DNA of 5,989 nt from a virus (Duplodnaviria; Heunggongvirae; Uroviricota; Caudoviricetes): IMG/VR virus record IMGVR_UViG_2563366803_000001; one strand, 5' to 3'. The notes under the pieces were generated by a model, which was given only the letters and a program-made list of their open reading frames with translations, was not told where the DNA came from and did not search any database. Positions 1-5,989 of the stretch are shown piece by piece. A program made the translations under genes and the position numbers. Each line of letters opens with the position of its first letter. The first letter of the stretch is position 1.

Positions 1-235
1 TCAAAATCGGTGGAGCTGCATGACAAAGTCATCGGGCATTATCTGAACATAAAACACTATCAATAAGTTGGAGTCATTACCAATCTGTAATAAAAGCGTA
101 AACAACTGCCGCTAGGCTTGCTGATCCCGCGCAACAAAACGCCATGCTTTGCTCGCAGATGGTTGGCAACCGACGACAGTCCTGCTAAAACGTTCGTTTG
201 ATATCATTTTTCCTAAAATTGAATGGCAGAGAATC
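1..235. promoter_or_regulatory. Non-coding region upstream of proB; expected to hold the proB promoter and, from K-12 gene order, the divergent phoE promoter. Individual -35/-10 elements not resolved.
   Basis: No convincing ORF on either strand. A weak GAGA Shine-Dalgarno precedes the proB ATG at 236. The phoE assignment is from remembered K-12 gene order (phoE-proB-proA-thrW), not from sequence in the window. Confidence 0.35.
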
Positions 236-1339
236 ATGAGTGACAGCCAGACGCTGGTGGTAAAACTCGGCACCAGTGTGCTAACAGGCGGATCGCGCCG
301 TCTGAACCGTGCCCATATCGTTGAACTTGTTCGCCAGTGCGCGCAGTTACATGCCGCCGGGCATCGGATTGTTATTGTGACGTCGGGCGCGATCGCCGCC
401 GGACGTGAGCACCTGGGTTACCCGGAACTGCCAGCGACTATCGCCTCGAAACAACTGCTGGCAGCGGTAGGGCAGAGTCGACTGATTCAACTGTGGGAAC
501 AGCTGTTTTCGATTTATGGCATTCACGTCGGGCAAATGCTGCTGACCCGTGCTGATATGGAAGACCGTGAACGCTTCCTGAACGCCCGCGACACCCTGCG
601 TGCGTTGCTCGATAACAATATCGTTCCGGTAATCAATGAGAACGATGCTGTCGCTACGGCAGAGATTAAAGTCGGCGATAACGATAACCTTTCTGCGCTG
701 GCGGCGATTCTGGCGGGTGCCGATAAACTGTTGCTGCTGACCGATCAAAAAGGTTTGTATACCGCTGACCCGCGCAGCAATCCGCAGGCAGAACTGATTA
801 AAGATGTTTACGGCATTGATGACGCACTGCGCGCGATTGCCGGTGACAGCGTTTCAGGCCTCGGAACTGGCGGCATGAGTACCAAATTGCAGGCCGCTGA
901 CGTGGCTTGCCGTGCGGGTATCGACACCATTATTGCCGCGGGCAGCAAGCCGGGCGTTATTGGTGATGTGATGGAAGGCATTTCCGTCGGTACGCTGTTC
1001 CATGCCCAGGCGACTCCGCTTGAAAACCGTAAACGCTGGATTTTCGGTGCGCCGCCTGCGGGTGAAATCACGGTAGATGAAGGGGCAACTGCCGCCATTC
1101 TGGAACGCGGCAGCTCCCTGTTGCCGAAAGGCATTAAAAGCGTGACTGGCAATTTCTCGCGTGGTGAAGTCATCCGCATTTGCAACCTCGAAGGTCGCGA
1201 TATCGCCCACGGTGTCAGTCGTTACAACAGCGATGCATTACGCCGTATTGCCGGACACCACTCGCAAGAAATTGATGCAATACTGGGATATGAATACGGC
1301 CCGGTTGCCGTTCACCGTGATGACATGATTACCCGTTAA
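236..1339 (+). CDS. proB: Glutamate 5-kinase (gamma-glutamyl kinase), 367 aa
   Basis: The ORF track gives 149..1339, but the protein from the internal ATG at 236 ([19 protein letters not shown]...) matches the known ProB N-terminus and a 367-aa length. It has the amino-acid kinase fold and a C-terminal PUA-like region. TAA stop at 1337-1339 lies 11 nt before the proA start, an operon arrangement. Confidence 0.96.
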
Positions 1340-1350
1340 GGAGCTGGCCG

Positions 1351-2604
1351 ATGCTGGAACAAATGGGCATTGCCGCGAAGCAAGCCTCGTATAAATTAGC
1401 GCAACTCTCCAGCCGCGAAAAAAATCGCGTGCTGGATAAAATCGCCGATGAACTGGAAGCACAAAGCGAAATCATCCTCAACGCTAACGCCCAGGATGTT
1501 GCTGACGCGCGAGCCAATGGCCTTAGCGAAGCGATGCTTGACCGTCTGGCTCTGACGCCCGCACGGCTGAAAGGCATTGCCGATGATGTGCGCCAGGTGT
1601 GTAACCTCGCCGATCCGGTGGGGCAGGTAATCGATGGCGGCGTACTGGACAGCGGCCTGCGTCTTGAGCGTCGTCGCGTGCCGCTGGGGGTGATTGGCGT
1701 GATTTATGAAGCGCGCCCGAACGTGACGGTTGATGTCGCTTCGCTGTGCCTGAAAACAGGTAACGCAGTGATCCTGCGCGGCGGCAAAGAAACGTGTCGC
1801 ACTAACGCGGCAACGGTGGCGGTGATTCAGGACGCCCTGAAATCCTGTGGCTTACCGGCGGGTGCCGTGCAGGCGATTGATAATCCTGACCGTGCGCTGG
1901 TCAGTGAAATGCTGCGTATGGATAAATACATCGACATGCTGATCCCGCGCGGCGGGGCTGGTTTGCATAAACTGTGCCGCGAACAGTCGACGATCCCGGT
2001 GATCTCAGGTGGTATAGGCGTATGCCATATTTATGTTGATGAAAGTGCAGAGATTGCTGAAGCATTAAAAGTGATCGTCAACGCGAAAACCCAGCGTCCG
2101 AGCACATGTAATACGGTAGAAACGTTGCTGGTGAATAAAAACATCGCCGATAGCTTCCTGCCCGTATTAAGCAAACAAATGGCGGAAAGCGGCGTGACAT
2201 TACACGCAGATGCAGCTGCGCTGACACAGTTGCAGGCAGGCCCCGCGAAGGTGGTGGCGGTTAAAGCCGAAGAGTATGACGATGAGTTTCTGTCATTAGA
2301 TTTGAACGTCAAAATCGTCAGCGATCTTGACGATGCCATCGCCCATATTCGTGAACACGGCACACAACACTCCGATGCGATCCTGACCCGCGATATGCGC
2401 AACGCCCAGCGTTTTGTTAACGAAGTGGATTCGTCCGCTGTTTACGTTAACGCCTCTACGCGTTTTACCGACGGCGGCCAGTTTGGACTGGGTGCGGAAG
2501 TGGCGGTAAGCACACAAAAACTCCACGCGCGTGGCCCAATGGGGCTGGAAGCACTGACCACTTACAAGTGGATCGGCATTGGTGATTACACCATTCGTGC
2601 GTAA
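1351..2604 (+). CDS. proA: Gamma-glutamyl phosphate reductase (glutamate-5-semialdehyde dehydrogenase), 417 aa
   Basis: 417-aa ORF starting [20 protein letters not shown], with a GGAG Shine-Dalgarno (1326-1329) upstream of the ATG. Aldehyde dehydrogenase-type protein in the expected position and length for ProA after proB. Confidence 0.96.
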   Translation: MLEQMGIAAKQASYKLAQLSSREKNRVLDKIADELEAQSEIILNANAQDVADARANGLSEAMLDRLALTPARLKGIADDVRQVCNLADPVGQVIDGGVLDSGLRLERRRVPLGVIGVIYEARPNVTVDVASLCLKTGNAVILRGGKETCRTNAATVAVIQDALKSCGLPAGAVQAIDNPDRALVSEMLRMDKYIDMLIPRGGAGLHKLCREQSTIPVISGGIGVCHIYVDESAEIAEALKVIVNAKTQRPSTCNTVETLLVNKNIADSFLPVLSKQMAESGVTLHADAAALTQLQAGPAKVVAVKAEEYDDEFLSLDLNVKIVSDLDDAIAHIREHGTQHSDAILTRDMRNAQRFVNEVDSSAVYVNASTRFTDGGQFGLGAEVAVSTQKLHARGPMGLEALTTYKWIGIGDYTIRA

Positions 2605-2610
2605 ATAAAA

Positions 2611-2677
2611 CCGGGTGATGCAAAAGTAGCCATTTGATTCACAAGGCCATTGACGCATCGCCCGGTTAGTTTTAACC
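2611..2677 (+). terminator. Possible proBA operon terminator: 11-bp stem (2611-2621 with 2655-2665, one G-U pair), 33-nt loop, then a T-rich tract
   Basis: ccgggtgatgc pairs with gcatcgcccgg and is followed by ttagttttaa, starting 7 nt after the proA stop. The loop is unusually long for an intrinsic terminator, so confidence is low. Confidence 0.3.
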
Positions 2678-2678
2678 T
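2650..2678 (+). promoter_or_regulatory. Candidate thrW promoter: -35 TTGACG (2650-2655), 17-bp spacer, -10 TAACCT (2673-2678)
   Basis: Hexamer matches with consensus spacing about 40 nt upstream of the mature tRNA 5' end. The -10 is weak (conserved T, A and final T only). Overlaps the 3' arm of the hairpin above. Confidence 0.3.
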
Positions 2679-2718
2679 TGTCCACCGTGATTCACGTTCG
2701 TGAACATGTCCTTTCAGG

Positions 2719-2794
2719 GCCGATATAGCTCAGTTGGTAGAGCAGCGCATTCGTAATGCGAAGGTCGTAGGTTCGACTCCTATTATCGGCACCA
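2719..2794 (+). tRNA. thrW: tRNA-Thr, anticodon CGT, 76 nt with encoded CCA
   Basis: 7-bp acceptor stem gccgata/tatcggc, D-loop agctcagttggtagagc, anticodon loop ttCGTaa, T-arm ggttcgactcc, discriminator A and genomic CCA (2792-2794). Confidence 0.92.
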
Positions 2795-2808
2795 TTAAAA
2801 TCAATAAG
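2750..2808. other. Approximate prophage attL: the attachment core is expected to overlap the 3' part of thrW and the short spacer before the int stop
   Basis: The integrase stop codon (2809-2811) lies 14 nt past the tRNA CCA. tRNA-targeting integrases rebuild the tRNA 3' end from phage sequence. Exact core limits cannot be set without attR or attP. Confidence 0.4.
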
Positions 2809-3972
2809 TTACACATCATTAGTACCTTCCTTATTTTTTGACTGGGACAAATTTGGGACCGATGGGTTCAGGATCGAGTCTATTTGCCGTGCGTGTTCGG
2901 TAAGGTGATTAGGTGCAAGGTGAGCATATCGACGAACCATTTCGATAGACTCCCAGCCTCCCATTTCCTGTAACACTGACAACGGGACTCCGGCTTGAAC
3001 CAGCCAACTTGCCCAGGTGTGTCTCAAGTCGTGAAATCTGAAATCATCAATACCAGCCCGTCTCAGCGCCGCTTTCCAGGCTGTGTTTGCGTCATACCGC
3101 ATCTTCCTTACTGTTGGCGCTTTCGTTCCGTCTGGTTTGGTACAGCTTTCCTTGTACACAAATACCCAACGGTGATGATTCCCGATTTGTTTTTTCAATA
3201 CGCGACATGCAGTATCATTCAGCGCAACGCCAATTGCGCGGTTTGATTTACTCTCTTCCGGGTTTATCCATGCCACCCGGCGCTGCATATCTATTTGTTG
3301 CCATTCAAGGTTGATGATGTTCGAGCGTCTTAAGCCTGTTGCCAGTGCAAATTCAACAACAGACTTTAATGGCTCCGGACATTCATCAATCAGCCTTTGT
3401 GCTTCATGGGGCTCCAGCCAGCGGATCCGTTTATTCTTTGGTTGAGGCACTTTAATAATTGGTGCCTTATCCAGCATTTTCCATTCACGCTCTGCGGCTC
3501 TTAGTAGGGCCTTTATAAATGAAAGATGCGTAGCCTTCGTTGCAACGGACGCTGGTTTTGGCGTGTATTCTGGAACAGGTTTCCCTTTTTTTCTGCATGC
3601 TTCTGCCCTGAGTTTCCAGTTTTCCTCATGACGCCGGTTCGTCATTTTCTGCATTGCTGAATAAATTTTTGATTCAGTAATGTCTCTTAGTTGCATTCCT
3701 GCGAAATGTTGAAGCCAGAATCCGATCCGGCTTTTGTCATCGTCCAGTGATTTTTTATGTGCTTTCTCTTCAAGCCACCTGACACATGCTTCCTCGAACG
3801 TTATATCAGGTATTTCACCAAGTTTACTGACCCGCCATGCTTCAGCCTTTAGCTTGTCATGGAGTTCTGTCGCCTGCCTTTTGTCCTTTGTTCCAAGAGA
3901 CTTTTTAAATCTTTTACCGTTCGGCAATGTGAAACTGGCGTACCATATTTCACCTCTGCGGAAGAGTGACAT
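2809..3972 (-). CDS. int: Phage tyrosine integrase (site-specific recombinase), 387 aa, P22 Int-like
   Basis: C-terminal catalytic signature [40 protein letters not shown] (HxxR ... Y) and an upstream R in ATGLRRSNI. The N-terminus [22 protein letters not shown] matches my recollection of P22 Int. Shine-Dalgarno GAGGAAA precedes the ATG at 3972. Confidence 0.93.
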   Translation of the reverse strand: MSLFRRGEIWYASFTLPNGKRFKKSLGTKDKRQATELHDKLKAEAWRVSKLGEIPDITFEEACVRWLEEKAHKKSLDDDKSRIGFWLQHFAGMQLRDITESKIYSAMQKMTNRRHEENWKLRAEACRKKGKPVPEYTPKPASVATKATHLSFIKALLRAAEREWKMLDKAPIIKVPQPKNKRIRWLEPHEAQRLIDECPEPLKSVVEFALATGLRRSNIINLEWQQIDMQRRVAWINPEESKSNRAIGVALNDTACRVLKKQIGNHHRWVFVYKESCTKPDGTKAPTVRKMRYDANTAWKAALRRAGIDDFRFHDLRHTWASWLVQAGVPLSVLQEMGGWESIEMVRRYAHLAPNHLTEHARQIDSILNPSVPNLSQSKNKEGTNDV

Positions 3973-4199
3973 TTTCTTTCCTCTGTTATGCCATCACCCG
4001 CGCTCACCTGGACAGTATGCAGCGGAGACTGAAGAGCCGCAATGCAGGCTTGTCGTGTTGTGAGGTAAGGAGATTTATTCTTAGTGGGATCTTTGCGTGT
4101 TGCCTGAAGACGCCCTGTGCGTATCCAGTTAATAGCAGTCGGTCTGGATATCTTGAGAAAATGACAGGCCTCATCGAGTGTGAGGCTGTATGGCTCCAT
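3849..4199 (-). CDS. xis: Excisionase, 116 aa, P22 Xis-like
   Basis: Starts at the internal ATG 4199-4197 ([32 protein letters not shown], helix-turn-helix-like), preceded by a strong AAGAGGTG Shine-Dalgarno. The ORF-track start at 4283 has no such site. The 116-aa length matches recalled P22 Xis. The 3' end overlaps int by 124 nt in another frame. Confidence 0.8.
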   Translation of the reverse strand: MEPYSLTLDEACHFLKISRPTAINWIRTGRLQATRKDPTKNKSPYLTTRQACIAALQSPLHTVQVSAGDGITEERKCHSSAEVKYGTPVSHCRTVKDLKSLLEQRTKGRRQNSMTS

Positions 4200-4543
4200 T
4201 ATTTCACCTCTTGCTGTGACATTGTTGAAAAACGGATACCAGCTCGTTGCTGCCAGACGATCCAACCGAGAGTCATATCCCATGCCATGTATTCGTTATC
4301 GCCGTTTTTTGCTCTCCGACGATCGACTGTTTTACCGAAACGCTTTTCCATAAATAATTCATAGGCTGCGCGTTCATCTGGCTCAACTTCCAGAGATGCC
4401 AGTGCAATCCGTGCCAGTTCTAAATCATTTTCAAGCTCAGCGCGAATCTCAGCGAATGCACTCTGTGTTAAGGCGAACTCAATGCTCTGCACTTTATTCC
4501 GTGCGCGCTCAAGCAGTGCATGGTAGTTAATTTCGGTTGTCAT
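4199..4543 (-). CDS. Hypothetical prophage early-left protein, 114 aa, unknown function
   Basis: Good GAGG Shine-Dalgarno about 9 nt upstream of the ATG at 4543. Its start overlaps the stop of the upstream gene (ATGA, 4540-4543) and its TAA stop overlaps the xis ATG (TAATG, 4197-4201). Charged N-terminal half that looks helical by eye; no motif I recognise. Confidence 0.6.
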   Translation of the reverse strand: MTTEINYHALLERARNKVQSIEFALTQSAFAEIRAELENDLELARIALASLEVEPDERAAYELFMEKRFGKTVDRRRAKNGDNEYMAWDMTLGWIVWQQRAGIRFSTMSQQEVK

Positions 4544-5418
4544 ACCCCTACCTCTTCGAATTCCAATTCCAATTGATCACCCCAGATTTCACATGACTCT
4601 GAACACGAACCGGTATCGAATCGCCTGGCCTGTACCATCGCCTGATACAAATTTCTGTAGTCGCTGTTGGCAGACATTCTGGCAATTCCGTCAAGCGTCA
4701 GGTGACCACGGTACATAATGTCTTTACCTGTTCTGCGATGACCATCCCTGACGTGTTTGCCTGTAACCAGCTCATTAAAAACTCGCATCAGACCTGGTTC
4801 GTCTTTACATGCAAGCCCCAGCTTTTGCGTTGACTTTTTGATGCAGAAAACACAGTTCCCGAGATGCTCCGGGATTTGCAAATCAAAAGGTTGTTTTCGC
4901 CACCACCGGATAACATCCGACTTATCAAAATCTGACAGCTCGGCAAGATACCGGACGCCCGATTTCGGTTTCAGCCTACGGGGTTCGTCTGCACGAATAC
5001 CCAGCCATGTGATGTAATTACCTCGCCCGAAATGGTTATCGCAGTATTTCGTGAAAGGGATGAGTTTTAGCCTGTCAGTACAGAACGCGCCGCCGATGTA
5101 TGGCGTGCCGTACTTTTTAACCATGTCCATAAACGGTTTAAGCACCGGCATTCGTGTCTGAATATCCTTTGGCTCCCATTCTGTATAACCATTTGGCTGC
5201 CCAAGCTCAGGATTTATATCGACCTGTAACACAGTTAGTGGTATGTCCCAGAACTTTACAACCTCCCGGATAAAGCGGTATGTCAGCGGATGTTCGCAAC
5301 CGGTATCCATAAAGATGTAGCAGACGTTATTGCCAGCCTTTCTTTGTTCTTCCATCAGGTGAACAAGATATGCGGATGTTCTCCCGCCAGAAAAACTAAC
5401 TACATGAGTTATGCACAT
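4540..5418 (-). CDS. PAPS-reductase-like PP-loop ATP pyrophosphatase family protein, 292 aa
   Basis: N-terminal PP-loop motif VVSFSGGRTSAYL (SGGxxS type), as in the CysH/CysD/DndC family. Cysteine motifs NCVFC and C-terminal CSESC. Start ATG 5418-5416 overlaps the 3' end of the HD-domain ORF by 10 nt. Confidence 0.8.
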   Translation of the reverse strand: MCITHVVSFSGGRTSAYLVHLMEEQRKAGNNVCYIFMDTGCEHPLTYRFIREVVKFWDIPLTVLQVDINPELGQPNGYTEWEPKDIQTRMPVLKPFMDMVKKYGTPYIGGAFCTDRLKLIPFTKYCDNHFGRGNYITWLGIRADEPRRLKPKSGVRYLAELSDFDKSDVIRWWRKQPFDLQIPEHLGNCVFCIKKSTQKLGLACKDEPGLMRVFNELVTGKHVRDGHRRTGKDIMYRGHLTLDGIARMSANSDYRNLYQAMVQARRFDTGSCSESCEIWGDQLELEFEEVGV

Positions 5419-5766
5419 TTGCGTAATTCAGATAACTCGTTGAAGCGTTCCATAAACATCCCGTAGGCATGGCCCGGTGCCAGTGGAATAACTTTGAACA
5501 TCTCTGTTGCCGGGATACCTTCCAGTACAGGCCATAAAGAGCCATCATCAAGCCCGAGATCACGGCGTTCGGTTGCCAGCATAATGAGATCGGCATATTT
5601 CACTGGCGTGCTCATAACAGGAGGTAACCCGTATTTCTCACGGATTACTGCATCTATTTTTTCTTCCATCCGTTTATAGTCAGGAAGAAGGCGTTTCAGT
5701 GGTGCGGGGATGTCCTGGCAATACGCTTCTGTTGCATCATGCATTAACGCTTCAAAAGCAAATTCC
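5409..5766 (-). pseudogene. C-terminal fragment (about 119 codons) of a YfbR/YfdR-like HD-domain 5'-deoxynucleotidase, N-terminus removed by IS2
   Basis: The frame is open from the IS2 junction. The motif ALMHDATEAYCQDIPAPLK matches the recalled YfbR metal-binding motif MYHDASEVLTGDLPTPVK, and the later VKYADLIMLATE resembles YfbR VKQADALCAYLK. The part upstream of the HD motif, about 55 residues including the first His, would lie beyond the IS2 end. Confidence 0.7.
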
Positions 5767-5807
5767 TGGATTTGCCCCTATATTTCCAGACATCTGTTAT
5801 CACTTAA
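5767..5807 (-). repeat. IS2 right terminal inverted repeat (IRR), about 41 bp
   Basis: Same sequence match as the IS2 feature above. The element boundary at 5766/5767 is set by where the recalled IS2 terminus ...CAAATCCA ends. Confidence 0.7.
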
Positions 5808-5989
5808 CCCATTACAAGCCCGCTGCCGCAGATATTCCCGTGGCGAGCGATAACCCAGCGCACTATGCGGATGCCATTCGTTATAATGCTCGAACGCCTC
5901 TGCAAGGTTCTTTGCTGCCGTTAACCCGTCTGGTTTGGGCATGATACTGATGTAGTCACGCTTTATCGTTTTCACGAAGCTCTCTGCTA
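5778..5989 (-). CDS. insD: IS2 transposase InsD (orfB), C-terminal 70 residues; 5' part outside the window
   Basis: The translation ...[68 protein letters not shown] matches the recalled IS2 InsD C-terminus. TAG stop at 5778-5780. The ORF is open to the window edge. Confidence 0.85.

Larger units (their letters stand above)
2750..5766. mobile_element. Left arm of a P22-like lambdoid prophage integrated at thrW (attL, int, xis, early-left accessory genes), interrupted by IS2 at 5766/5767
   Basis: Integrase and excisionase abut the tRNA. The region looks more AT-rich than proBA (qualitative impression, not computed). All genes are on the minus strand with overlapping stop/start codons. Confidence 0.8.
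5767..5989 (-). mobile_element. IS2 insertion sequence, right end only; the rest of the element lies beyond the window
   Basis: The terminal sequence tggatttgcccctatatttccagacatctgttatcacttaa is the reverse complement of the IS2 right end as I recall it (...TTAAGTGATAACAGATGTCTGGAAATATAGGGGCAAATCCA). It is followed inward by the InsD C-terminus. Confidence 0.85.

Noticed and set aside
83-101. Pho-box-like sequence CTGTAAT-AAAA-GCGTAAA upstream of proB
   Set aside because: The first 7-mer matches the PhoB half-site, but the second is poor and the orientation is wrong for the divergent phoE promoter expected from K-12 gene order. It cannot be distinguished from a chance match without comparison to the experimentally defined phoE Pho box.
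149-235. N-terminal extension of the proB ORF ([29 protein letters not shown]) in the six-frame track
   Set aside because: Known ProB begins at MSDSQTLVV (ATG at 236), giving the expected 367 aa. The extension is upstream non-coding sequence that happens to be open.
347-1462. Minus-strand ORFs 347..748, 808..1185, 854..1210 and 1238..1462 inside proB and the proB/proA junction
   Set aside because: They are fully antisense to well-supported proB/proA coding sequence, have no ribosome-binding sites, and show the Arg/Ser/Ala-rich composition typical of spurious antisense ORFs in GC-rich genes.
1329-2685. Minus-strand ORFs 1329..1577, 2031..2402 and 2296..2685 overlapping proA
   Set aside because: Antisense to proA; no independent support.
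3849-4283. Longer 144-aa version of the excisionase ORF starting at 4283
   Set aside because: It has no Shine-Dalgarno and would overlap the upstream 114-aa gene by 85 nt. The internal ATG at 4199 has a strong AAGAGGTG ribosome-binding site and gives the 116-aa size recalled for P22 Xis.
2995-4364. Plus-strand ORFs 2995..3246, 3087..3314, 3734..4063 and 3966..4364
   Set aside because: Antisense to the integrase and excisionase genes. Ser/Cys/Leu-rich low-complexity translations with no start context.
4757-5679. ORFs 4757..5017 (+), 5396..5596 (-) and 5494..5679 (+) within the PAPS-reductase-like and HD-domain genes
   Set aside because: Antisense or alternative-frame ORFs inside better-supported genes; no motifs or start signals.
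5745-5766. Possible IS2-adjacent hybrid promoter driving the truncated cassette
   Set aside because: No convincing -35/-10 pair with proper spacing could be identified by eye on the minus strand just outside the IS2 end. It is kept only as a speculative note in the IS2 finding.
5699-5944. Plus-strand ORF 5699..5944 (81 aa) spanning the IS2 junction
   Set aside because: It crosses the IS2 boundary antisense to insD and to the HD fragment. It is an artefact of the junction.

Overview
This window spans the boundary between a conserved enterobacterial core region and a P22-like prophage. The core part is the Escherichia/Shigella-type proB-proA operon (plus strand) followed by an intact tRNA-Thr(CGU) gene, thrW. 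Directly after the tRNA 3' end, the minus strand carries a lambdoid tyrosine integrase and an overlapping 116-aa excisionase, which from memory closely resemble P22 Int and Xis; P22 is known to integrate at thrW. Upstream of xis on the minus strand, three genes are linked by overlapping stop/start codons: the C-terminal part of a YfbR/YfdR-like HD-domain 5'-nucleotidase, a 292-aa PAPS-reductase-like PP-loop protein, and a 114-aa protein of unknown function. The HD gene is cut at 5766/5767 by the right end of an IS2 copy, whose InsD C-terminus and terminal inverted repeat fill the rest of the window. The three-gene cassette is the best candidate here for an undescribed nucleotide-directed accessory system (anti-defence, defence or DNA/nucleotide modification), but that is inference from domain content and gene arrangement only. 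All protein identifications rest on recalled motifs and sequences; no database search was run.
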